From Promethearchaeota archaeon (lineage in GTDB: Archaea; Asgardarchaeota; Hermodarchaeia; Hermodarchaeales; Hermodarchaeaceae), in the NCBI GenBank assembly GCA_048938385.1, contig JBHLMG010000010.1, positions 9,785 to 73,784 of the forward strand: 64,000 bases of DNA, in the 5' to 3' direction. This document shows, piece by piece, positions 29,587 through 37,906 of the stretch. The notes beneath the pieces were generated by a model. That model saw nothing but the letters and a program-made list of their open reading frames with translations, ran no database searches and was not told where the DNA came from. Within the stretch, counting starts at the first letter, position 1. Each line of letters starts with the position of its first letter. Both the position numbers and the translations under genes were made by a program.

Positions 29587-29743
29587 ACTACTAATTTTCA
29601 CTGTATTTGATTAGGAGCGCACCACTGGATAACTGGTTCGAACTCTTTGAAGCAGGGGGTGTAACCAGTTCGTCTTGCACTTACCATTAGCGTTTTATGT
29701 TCTGTGAAATGAACCATCCCCCACCTATGCGATAGTTATTCTC

Positions 29744-29772
29744 AATCTATGCGGTTATCTCTTGCATAGATT
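29744..29772. promoter_or_regulatory. perfect 9-bp inverted repeat upstream of the PGF-CTERM protein gene
   Basis: AATCTATGC-n11-GCATAGATT, ~58 nt upstream of the ATG at 29830. CTATGCG also occurs once more at 29726-29732. Confidence 0.3.
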
Positions 29773-29829
29773 GGATGATTCCTCGCATCTCTCAGCACTC
29801 AATTTAACGAATAATCTGAGGACTGTTAC

Positions 29830-30582
29830 ATGTTCCAGAAGACTCGTATTCCGTCTCAAACCCTTATAGCCTGTACGATAGTCTTGCTGTTATTCGCGCT
29901 TTTTTGCACAAATACTTGCTCAGCAGTAATTGTCTGGCAAGAGGACTTTAACGATGGCACTTACGATGGATGGACAATATACTTGGGTGAATTTCAAATC
30001 GCTGATAATGTGCTTATTGCCAATGGAAGCTTCGGTGTATGGAATTTCATCCGGTACCCGAGTGATGTCGCGTACGGATTTTGGAGCTTTGATGTTCTCT
30101 CAGAAGACGCACCTCAGAACCACACTTATGTCTACATCATATCGAGTAGCATCACCGATGTTCCGAACTACCGGTTGTGTATCTGGACTGGTTCTTACCT
30201 AAACTGGGCACCCAGTCCGGGTGTTTCGCTCTTGAAACAAAACAACAGTGGAACATTCTCGATCGCTGGTTGGTTCACCGGAACTTTGAGCGGCTGGCAT
30301 TCTTACAATGTGACTCGAGACCAAACCGGACTATTCAACATCTTTGTTGATGGAACACTACGAATCACGGTCAGAGACAACGATATCACGACATCGGGCT
30401 ACTTCCGATTCGGAGCCCAAGAGAACTCAGGCATTGACAATATTATCGTCGGTGACTTTTCAACAATTACACCAACTAGCACGCCACCGCCTATCCCTGG
30501 ATTTCCTTTACTAGCCATCCTGATCGCAGTACCCTTCGCTCTCGGTTTCGCTATAATCTTACGCCGTCGTAATGTGCTCTAA
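29830..30582 (+). CDS. secreted concanavalin-A/LamG-like domain protein with PGF-CTERM anchor signal
   Basis: Signal peptide (LIACTIVLLLFALFCTNTCSA). Beta-rich domain begins W.EDFNDGTYDGWT. The C-terminus is TPTSTPPPIPGFPLLAILIAVPFALGFAIILRRRNVL: a T/P linker, PGF, a hydrophobic helix and basic residues. Confidence 0.7.
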   Translation: MFQKTRIPSQTLIACTIVLLLFALFCTNTCSAVIVWQEDFNDGTYDGWTIYLGEFQIADNVLIANGSFGVWNFIRYPSDVAYGFWSFDVLSEDAPQNHTYVYIISSSITDVPNYRLCIWTGSYLNWAPSPGVSLLKQNNSGTFSIAGWFTGTLSGWHSYNVTRDQTGLFNIFVDGTLRITVRDNDITTSGYFRFGAQENSGIDNIIVGDFSTITPTSTPPPIPGFPLLAILIAVPFALGFAIILRRRNVL

Positions 30583-30697
30583 ACGCGCCACTCAGACTAA
30601 AGCTCTTCGTAAAAGGTTATTTCTTTGGCTCAATTGTCAGATTGTTAGATTATTGTTAGTATTAAGAATAATCGTCAATGAGTACCAGAGTCCATTG

Positions 30698-31246
30698 CTA
30701 GTTTGGTTTATCTACGGGACGAAAATATAGTTGAACCCACATACCAGGGGCTTGTTCATAAGGCGACCCTTTAGGTCGAAAGCCAAAGCTTTCGACGAGA
30801 GCACGCATGGTGAGGTGGTCCTCGAGAATGTTGCAAAGGTTTCCAGGGGCATTACCTTCTCGGGCATAGTTGATGAATTGGCGATACATGGCACGGACTA
30901 GCCCGCGATGACGGTAATTGGGGTGCACGGTTTGGTGTTCACCCAACACCCCTTCAGGGGTTAAGACGGTTTTATAGAATCCAACGAGGCGGTTATTCAG
31001 ACGAGCTCCAAAATACCGGATGCCTTTTTGCATCTCTGTAATAATTTCATTAGCAGTGAGGACCCGCTTATTTCGCCACTCTAAAGGGATGTGATCGGCG
31101 TATGGCCAAACCAAGGCGAGAAGTTCAGCGATTTCAGTCGCATCTGCCTCTGTGAGTTCTTCAATGTGGATCTCTTCATCTTCCGGTGGAAAGTCCTTAG
31201 TGCTGGGTGGTATGGACATGGCGGGTACCCTTTGTGAAGTGCGCAT
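30698..31246 (-). CDS. GNAT-family N-acetyltransferase
   Basis: Motif-A-like region is HPNYRHRGLVRAMYRQFINYARE. The ORF-track N-terminus overlaps the upstream gene. Likely starts are the ATG at 31246 (1 nt after the upstream stop) or the ATG at 31219. Confidence 0.7.
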   Translation of the reverse strand: MRTSQRVPAMSIPPSTKDFPPEDEEIHIEELTEADATEIAELLALVWPYADHIPLEWRNKRVLTANEIITEMQKGIRYFGARLNNRLVGFYKTVLTPEGVLGEHQTVHPNYRHRGLVRAMYRQFINYAREGNAPGNLCNILEDHLTMRALVESFGFRPKGSPYEQAPGMWVQLYFRPVDKPN

Positions 31247-31247
31247 A

Positions 31248-32396
31248 TCAATGCTTGCTTTGAGACTGGGCTCGGATAACCTGGTAAGCCTCAGTGATCG
31301 CCGTACAACCGGTGCACCTAATACATCCAGCTCGGTGAGAGTGAGGATCGAGGTTATGGTCCCAGAGGAGTTGGGCACAATCTAAGTAAACAGTAACGAT
31401 CTGATCTAAGTGACTAATATAGCTTGGAATATGGTTTTCAAGCCGCGAACCAGGATTGGGTCGATAGGGTACAGGCACGGGAATGGTTCCGGTTTCTATC
31501 GTTTCCTTAAACCCAGTATGCAGTTGTTTAGGGGTTTCTCCTAGTCCTAGTAAAACAAAGGTGCTGACTTGTCCACGACCAAACAATTCTGTGGCTATCC
31601 GCCAAGATTGGAGATATTCTTGGTAGCTCGCATGGTGGAATTTTCCGGGACAGTACCGTTTTCGGAGTGAATCATTGTAGATTTCTAGGTGAATACCCAC
31701 GGTGTCCACGCCGGCTTTTTTTAGGCCTTGGAGGAGGGTGGGAGGTTTCGGGGGTTCGAGTTGTACATGGATGGGAATGTCAGAGTGTTTACGGATCTGC
31801 GATACGAAATCTATGTATTCCTCGATGCCTCGATCTGACCGATCAGGACTCCCAATGGTTAAGGTGAGATGGCTAGCTCGCCCTTCTTTTTTGGCGGCTT
31901 TTAGGACAGCGAGGAATTGGTCTGGGGATTTATAGAGGACTGTTTGGCGGTTTTCTAAGCTGACTGGGATGCTACAGAAGTGGCATTCTTGACCTTTGTT
32001 GAAGTATGCGCAATGTTGGATGATGGTAGTGGCAAGGCAATCTTGCCCGTGAACTAAGGCGATATGGGTCATAGGAGTACCATCGCGAAGTATGTCGTCA
32101 TAATACACCGGTTGAGGGATGAGCTCTACCTCAGGTTGTGTGCCCTCGAACTGGTCGACACGGAATCGATTCGCTGATAGATGTAGCAGTTTAAGAGAAT
32201 GAAACTGTTTAGCGCTTTTTCCTCCTCGGACCGGGGCATTAACAAGAACATCTCTGTTGATGAGAAAATAACGACCGAGAGTTGGTCCTGCTCCTCCTAA
32301 GCGCCCAAGATGTTCAGTTGGTGGGAGTTGAACACCACGAGTGAGCATTGCAACTTTTAGTTGCAGGATGGAAAGCTCAGGAAGAATCGTAGACAC
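31248..32396 (-). CDS. radical-SAM-like TIM-barrel Fe-S enzyme (non-canonical Cys motif)
   Basis: Cys cluster is C-x8-C-x8-C-x2-C (GQDCLATTIIQHCAYFNKGQECHFCSIP). Barrel-like segments HLTLTIGSPD and GVDTVGIHLEIYN. C-terminal CIRCTGC. Family assignment is tentative. Confidence 0.45.
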   Translation of the reverse strand: MSTILPELSILQLKVAMLTRGVQLPPTEHLGRLGGAGPTLGRYFLINRDVLVNAPVRGGKSAKQFHSLKLLHLSANRFRVDQFEGTQPEVELIPQPVYYDDILRDGTPMTHIALVHGQDCLATTIIQHCAYFNKGQECHFCSIPVSLENRQTVLYKSPDQFLAVLKAAKKEGRASHLTLTIGSPDRSDRGIEEYIDFVSQIRKHSDIPIHVQLEPPKPPTLLQGLKKAGVDTVGIHLEIYNDSLRKRYCPGKFHHASYQEYLQSWRIATELFGRGQVSTFVLLGLGETPKQLHTGFKETIETGTIPVPVPYRPNPGSRLENHIPSYISHLDQIVTVYLDCAQLLWDHNLDPHSHRAGCIRCTGCTAITEAYQVIRAQSQSKH

Positions 32397-32496
32397 TGTT
32401 CTCGCCGTTAGAATATACTTTGTTAAGGGTCCACCTAAAACTTTCTGTCTTACATATTCTGGGCTAGGGAAACTCTCTGAAATCTAATATTATGTG

Positions 32497-33447
32497 TTAG
32501 GAACGGAGCTTGTTGAAGAGAGGGGATAGATCGACATTTCCCCCGCTGAGAATTACACCGATGCGTTGGTTATCCAATTGCTTTTCTAAATGAAAGACTC
32601 CCGCAAGCGCGGTAGCACCGGATGGTTCGATGACGAGTTTCATGCGTTCGAAGATGAATCTCATTGCTTCGAGGATTTCCTCCTCTGAGACGGTGATGAT
32701 GTCGTTGACATGCGATTGGATTATCGAAAAGGTTAACTTACTTAGACCGGTTCGAAGACCGTCGGCGATGGTGTTGGGATTTTCACTAGGCAGAAGCTTC
32801 TTCGCTTTAAAGGATCGATAGGCATCGTCAGCGTTTGCAGGTTCGACGCCAATAACTTTTCCTCTCGGATTTAGTCCCTTTGATGCGATGGCAGTTCCAC
32901 TGATGAGTCCACCTCCCCCCACAGGCACAAAAAGATAGTCGAGGGCACCGACTTCCTGAATGAGTTCTAAGGCAGCAGTACCGGCACCTGCAATCACATG
33001 GGGGTTATCGTAGGCGTGGATGAGAACATAGTTGTGTTTTTTGATTAACTCCTTGGTGACTTCTTCGCGTGATGCAAGTGTGGGTTCGCAGAACACCACT
33101 TCTGCACCGTATCCTTTGGTAGCTTCAATTTTAACTTGCGCGGAATCTTTGGGCATCACAATGGTGACAGGGATCTCAAGCATTTTAGCCGCTAATGCAA
33201 CGGCTTGGGCGTGGTTGCCTGAGGAATGGGTGATAACACCACGCTTTTTCTCAGTGGAGGAAAGCTGAGAGATAGCGTTGTAGGCACCTCGGAATTTGAA
33301 AGCGCCGATGCGTTGGAAGTTTTCACATTTGAAGAAAAGGCTACAATTCGTTCGACGATTTGCCGTTAAGGAAGTCATCAAAGGAGTTTGGATGCATGCG
33401 CGTCGAATTCGTTCATAGGCTTCTTGGACTTCCTTAAGAGTAATCAT
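32497..33447 (-). CDS. PLP-dependent serine/threonine dehydratase (threonine ammonia-lyase / serine-racemase-like)
   Basis: FKCENFQRIGAFKFRGA contains the PLP Lys. Also SSGNHAQA and the GGGGLISG glycine loop. 316 aa. Confidence 0.8.
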   Translation of the reverse strand: MITLKEVQEAYERIRRACIQTPLMTSLTANRRTNCSLFFKCENFQRIGAFKFRGAYNAISQLSSTEKKRGVITHSSGNHAQAVALAAKMLEIPVTIVMPKDSAQVKIEATKGYGAEVVFCEPTLASREEVTKELIKKHNYVLIHAYDNPHVIAGAGTAALELIQEVGALDYLFVPVGGGGLISGTAIASKGLNPRGKVIGVEPANADDAYRSFKAKKLLPSENPNTIADGLRTGLSKLTFSIIQSHVNDIITVSEEEILEAMRFIFERMKLVIEPSGATALAGVFHLEKQLDNQRIGVILSGGNVDLSPLFNKLRS

Positions 33448-33588
33448 ACTTCATACTAGGATGTCAGGGACCATAAGTGTTCAGATTCTAACTGTGTTGT
33501 TGAAAAATCGAGGTGGAGAAAGATTTTATTACATTGCTTGTGGGGTTGTATCCCTTCATTCACAACCGATTCGAGGATGACATGAAAC

Positions 33589-34530
33589 ATGGCGAAACGA
33601 ATGGTTATTGCAATCGGAGGTAACTCCCTCATCAAGGATAAAACTCACATGACTGTTCCTGATCAGTATGTGGCAGCCATGGAAACCATGCCCCACATCG
33701 TGGATTTGGTCGAACAGGGTTGGGATATTGCAATTACTCACGGGAACGGACCGCAAGTTGGTTTTATCCTACGCCGCTCGGAACTCGCATCCCACGAATT
33801 GCATGAAGTCCCCCTTGATTTTTGTGGTGCTGACACCCAAGGTGCCATAGGGTATATGCTGCAACAAATTTTACACAACGAGTTCCGTCGCCGCCACCTC
33901 TCAAAACAATCTGTTACAGTAGTCACACAGGTACTTGTGGATCGCAATGACCCTGCATTTACTAACCCTAACAAACCTATAGGGTCATTCATGGAACAAT
34001 CAATGGCTGACCGCCGGAAAGCTGAAGGATGGCATGTCGTAGAAGATGCTGGTAGAGGATGGCGACGAGTGGTTCCTTCACCGATTCCTCAGCGTGTAAT
34101 TGAAGCTCGTGCGGTCGTGAATCTGTTAGAGGATGGTTATATAGTCATTACTGCAGGAGGGGGTGGGATACCCGTAATTGAAAATGACCAGGGGAATTTA
34201 GAGGGCGTCGCTGCTGTCATTGATAAGGATCGGGCTTCAGCGCTGTTGTGTCAGGCAATTGATGCGAAGCGATTCATCATCTCTACTTCTATTGACAGAG
34301 TATACCTCAATTTCGGGAAGCCAAACCAAACCGCGATTGATCGAATGACCTTAAGTGAGGCAAAACAATACCTCAAGGAAGGACACTTTGCACCTGGATC
34401 TATGGCACCTAAAATTGAGTCCGTGATTGCTTTTATTGAAAATGGTGGAGAGCTTGCGATAATCACCAGTCCAGAAAATCTAGCCGCGGCCTTGGATGGT
34501 AAGGCAGGTACTCGTATCGTCCCTGATTAG
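33589..34530 (+). CDS. arcC: carbamate kinase
   Basis: MVIAIGGNSL, ITHGNGPQVG and VITAGGGGIPV match the amino-acid-kinase-fold carbamate kinase signature. 313 aa. Confidence 0.85.
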   Translation: MAKRMVIAIGGNSLIKDKTHMTVPDQYVAAMETMPHIVDLVEQGWDIAITHGNGPQVGFILRRSELASHELHEVPLDFCGADTQGAIGYMLQQILHNEFRRRHLSKQSVTVVTQVLVDRNDPAFTNPNKPIGSFMEQSMADRRKAEGWHVVEDAGRGWRRVVPSPIPQRVIEARAVVNLLEDGYIVITAGGGGIPVIENDQGNLEGVAAVIDKDRASALLCQAIDAKRFIISTSIDRVYLNFGKPNQTAIDRMTLSEAKQYLKEGHFAPGSMAPKIESVIAFIENGGELAIITSPENLAAALDGKAGTRIVPD

Positions 34531-34602
34531 TAAAATTTTCAAAAGCTCTTGGCTTCATGCCTAACCAACAAGCCTTTTGAGTGATATGAGAGAGGAATCA
34601 TT

Positions 34603-35433
34603 GTGATTTCTCAGATTGTTGAAAAAGTAGCACAGTATCAAACGGAGGATGTTTTGCGCCTTCTTGAAAAGGTTCGGTTGATTCTCCGCCAAGAACCTCT
34701 CCTAGTACGACTTCCTAAAGCTCCTTTGGTCTTTATTGGTGACATTCATGGCGATTGGGAAGCAACACAAGCTCTTCTGCACCGTTATTGGGAAACGCCA
34801 ACAGTACTTGTATTCTTAGGTGACTATGTGGACCGCGGACCTCATCAACTCGAAAACATCAATCTTTTGTACACTTTAAAGGTTCAACAGCCTCTACGTG
34901 TTATTCTATTACGGGGAAATCACGAACTTCCTAGTATTAACCGAAGCTATGGATTCTACAACGAAATTCAACGCGTTTATGGGAATATCAGCGAGAAATA
35001 TTGGGAAGTCTTTGCGGAACACGCCCTAGCTGGGGTTAGTCAAGCACAAAGACTCTTTGCCGTGCATGGAGGCATTCCGCAAGGGCTTGACTCAATTGAA
35101 GAAATTGTAACACTTCCGCGTGAAATCGAACCAGAAAATCCCATTACGATTCAGCTGTTATGGAATGACCCAAAAGAAGGGTTGAAACGCTTTGCACCAT
35201 CTATGCGTGGATCTCGAATCTATTATTTTGGCCAAGAGGTTACGGAAAAATTCATGACAATGAACAATCTAGATCTTATCGTCCGTGCCCATGAAGTCTT
35301 CCCCCAAGGAATTAAGGAGTTCTTTCAAGGTCGAATCGTGAGTCTATTTTCCTGTCGTAACTATCGTGGTCCGATTGCAGGAAAAGTCCTCTATGTAGAT
35401 ACCACAGGACAACGAACTATTGTAGCAGTCTAA
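34603..35433 (+). CDS. PPP-family Ser/Thr protein phosphatase (metallophosphoesterase)
   Basis: GDIHGD, GDYVDRG, GNHE and VHGG motifs occur in canonical order. GTG start. Confidence 0.85.
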   Translation: MISQIVEKVAQYQTEDVLRLLEKVRLILRQEPLLVRLPKAPLVFIGDIHGDWEATQALLHRYWETPTVLVFLGDYVDRGPHQLENINLLYTLKVQQPLRVILLRGNHELPSINRSYGFYNEIQRVYGNISEKYWEVFAEHALAGVSQAQRLFAVHGGIPQGLDSIEEIVTLPREIEPENPITIQLLWNDPKEGLKRFAPSMRGSRIYYFGQEVTEKFMTMNNLDLIVRAHEVFPQGIKEFFQGRIVSLFSCRNYRGPIAGKVLYVDTTGQRTIVAV

Positions 35434-35452
35434 CCATCATAGCATCTAATAG

Positions 35453-35791
35453 CTATAGTGCCCTGAGTAGATCAAGGCGAGTAAATGGTTTTTCTAAAAA
35501 CCGGATACCCTCGTGAGCAGCAATCTCCCTACCTCGAAACTTCGTACCCATGAGAACGATTGTAAAACCCTCTTGTTTCAAGCTCTTGATGAACCCTGTC
35601 GTTTCAGCGTGGCCCATCCAAAAATCAAGCAAGATTATTTTAGGAGGCGTCTCACAGGCATTGAGGGCATGGCGAAATGCCTCCAACTTTGCCAATCCTT
35701 GACACACAATGTATCCTCCTTCAATCAACATCTGTTCGAGGGCAAATCGAAAGGAAGCCTGTGGTGACACAACCATTACTGCTGTTGTCAT
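35453..35791 (-). CDS. atypical response-regulator receiver domain protein
   Basis: CheY-like layout with phospho-acceptor-like ILLDFWM, T (LMGT) and K (EKPF) present. The N-terminal acidic pair is replaced by VVSPQ. Confidence 0.6.
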   Translation of the reverse strand: MTTAVMVVSPQASFRFALEQMLIEGGYIVCQGLAKLEAFRHALNACETPPKIILLDFWMGHAETTGFIKSLKQEGFTIVLMGTKFRGREIAAHEGIRFLEKPFTRLDLLRAL

Positions 35792-35795
35792 GATC

Positions 35796-37796
35796 TCACC
35801 CCGTGGAGTCGCTTTTTTGCCCTGATTTATGGAGGTATTTTTGCCCTCGTTTAGCTAAAGGGAGTAAAATCCGGAGCACTGTCCCATATTGAGCTTCTTC
35901 AGTTACACGGTTTTCAATTCGGAATTTACCTCTAAAATAATCAACTAGAACGGGTACTACGAGGAGATTTGGATTTCCGCGTTGTGGTTCTTCTGGAATG
36001 AAGCGAAAAAGCAGCGATTTTTCAACATCGCTCAGTACCCATTTCGGATGAGATATTTCCGTTTGCCAATACTCGACATCATATTCTGTGACTCGTGAAA
36101 GAGTTACAGCAATGGTGGTTGAAACGCCACTATCCACTTCTAACATATGACGAAGAATAGGAAGAAAGATACGGTTCACATATTGATTCGCAAATATGTA
36201 ACAAGATTCCTCAGGAAGGTTTAGAGCAACCTTACTTGATGATTCAGGGATCATCTCTTGGAGTTCGGAGAGAAGCTGGGTCATAATCGAACATAAGTCT
36301 AGGCGTTGAAGTTCTGGTAAGGCTTGAGCATCAATGAGGCGGAGAAGTTGAATACTATCTTGGAGATATTGAGTTTCTGCAACTTCGACTTGAACCCGCT
36401 CGAATAGCTGTTTTTGTTCAAGGGAATCTGTGGTCTGATTTCCTAGCTCTGCGAGACTGAGAATGTTTTGCATTCGATTCGTAAGTTGATTCCCAAGCAA
36501 GGCAAAATAGTAGTCTAATCGTGACAGTTGCGATGTGGAAGGTAGACGAAGCCGGTGTTCAGAAATGGTGAAGCGTCTAAGTTCTGCCCGGACTCGTGCC
36601 ATTTCAGTCAGGATTTGAATGAAAGTGTCGGATATCGCTTGGAGTTCAGAAAAGATGAGTCCAGGAGGTTCGGTGTAGGCTGTAATTCCAGGTTCAATGA
36701 CTGCAGAGGTTTCAATTTGTAAATTTTGAAGGGGGTGATTGAGTAGGAAAGAGAGGTAGTAACTGACAGCTCCACCTACCGTGAGGATAACGCCTAAAGT
36801 GATGAGGAACATGACACCAATATTCTGGAGGGCTACAGTAGCCAGGGGCGCGGTGAGGTACAAAGATAAAATGTGATCGGTCACGGTGATGAATGCGATA
36901 GCACTGAGAGTAAGGATGACTGCTAGAGTGATGATTAGGACAATGCGGTTGATCTGTGCATATCGGATGGACACAGGACGCCCCATGTGTGTTCCTTGTA
37001 AGCCTTCCATGAAGATGTTCAACACGGCGATGAGGAAAGAAAAGATGGCAAAGAGGGTAAGAGTATCAGAGATAGAGCCAGAATAGAAAATGGTGTCAAT
37101 CACGGTAAAACCCATGGCGTATTGGAAGGCAAATGCGGTATATGCTAAGACGAGGAGGAGACTCGCTGTCACTAATAGAAACCGACTGCGGGTACCTATG
37201 ACTTCGCGAGGAGGATTCCGGTTAAAGTAGAAGCTCCAGGCAAATATTGCAGTAAAAAACCCTACAAGTATTCTTAAGCCTAAGCCAATAGCTGGGATTA
37301 TCGGAGGATGAAAGGTAAGGTTCATCTGGTAAGTTGAAAAAATGCACAGCAGAAAGAAGAGTGTGATGAGGAGATAACCAAGCAGTTGTCTAAAGGATCG
37401 ACGCTGGGGTTCAATCGATACCATGGCGAATCCTACTAGGAGAACGATGTTGGCGATAGCTGAAAGATATGCGGTGCCATTGGGAAAGGTAATGGAAAAC
37501 CCGAGAAAGAGGATTTCAACTAAGAGCCAAAAATTGGCAATTACTCCTATCAAACTTGTGATTGCAACGATAATGGCCAACCGGCGAGCGACTTGGTTGT
37601 GATAACCTAACAGTAAAAGACAGATGCCAAAAAGAGTTAGGAAGACGACGAAGTAGGCACTGATGAGATAGACCAACGCGAGTTCAGGGGTTAGAAATCC
37701 CAGAATCAGAGGAATAACGGAAAGTGCAAAAGCGATGAGGAACGCAGCTGCCAAAACCCTGTGCGCGTCAGCCTTTAACCATTGACTAAATTTCAT
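35796..37796 (-). CDS. multi-pass membrane sensor with degenerate histidine-kinase-like C-terminus
   Basis: ~11 TM helices. Then a DHp-like segment in which the H-box His position reads LGNQLTNRMQNIL, and an HATPase_c-like end (…GKFRIENRVTEEAQYGTVLRILLP) lacking clear N/G boxes. Starts 4 nt upstream of the receiver gene. Confidence 0.5.
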   Translation of the reverse strand: MKFSQWLKADAHRVLAAAFLIAFALSVIPLILGFLTPELALVYLISAYFVVFLTLFGICLLLLGYHNQVARRLAIIVAITSLIGVIANFWLLVEILFLGFSITFPNGTAYLSAIANIVLLVGFAMVSIEPQRRSFRQLLGYLLITLFFLLCIFSTYQMNLTFHPPIIPAIGLGLRILVGFFTAIFAWSFYFNRNPPREVIGTRSRFLLVTASLLLVLAYTAFAFQYAMGFTVIDTIFYSGSISDTLTLFAIFSFLIAVLNIFMEGLQGTHMGRPVSIRYAQINRIVLIITLAVILTLSAIAFITVTDHILSLYLTAPLATVALQNIGVMFLITLGVILTVGGAVSYYLSFLLNHPLQNLQIETSAVIEPGITAYTEPPGLIFSELQAISDTFIQILTEMARVRAELRRFTISEHRLRLPSTSQLSRLDYYFALLGNQLTNRMQNILSLAELGNQTTDSLEQKQLFERVQVEVAETQYLQDSIQLLRLIDAQALPELQRLDLCSIMTQLLSELQEMIPESSSKVALNLPEESCYIFANQYVNRIFLPILRHMLEVDSGVSTTIAVTLSRVTEYDVEYWQTEISHPKWVLSDVEKSLLFRFIPEEPQRGNPNLLVVPVLVDYFRGKFRIENRVTEEAQYGTVLRILLPLAKRGQKYLHKSGQKSDSTG

Positions 37797-37906
37797 TGGG
37801 GATAAACCTCACCCACCCAGCCTTTCACTAGGCGATAAACAGGACGACATTCTGAAGGCTAAAAAAGCTTTTCACACTGTCGCCATTCCTTGTAATTATC
37901 CTAGAA

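Noticed and set aside
29620-29680. GGTTCGAAC-containing stretch (…ACTGGTTCGAACTC…AACCAGTTCGTC…) that superficially resembles a tRNA T-arm.
   Set aside because: I could not build an acceptor stem, D-arm or anticodon arm around it, and the two CAGTTCG/GGTTCG copies do not pair as a T-stem. I found no convincing tRNA anywhere in the window.
31247-31378. ORF-track N-terminal extension of the GNAT gene, overlapping the 3' end of the radical-SAM-like gene by 131 nt.
   Set aside because: Internal ATGs at 31246 or 31219 give a normal-length GNAT with little or no overlap, so the extension is probably not translated.
34603-35433. Eukaryote-like PPP Ser/Thr phosphatase, considered as a possible eukaryotic-signature novelty.
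   Set aside because: PPP-family phosphatases with intact GDxHG/GDxxDRG/GNHE motifs are well known in archaea and bacteria. It is annotated as a feature only.
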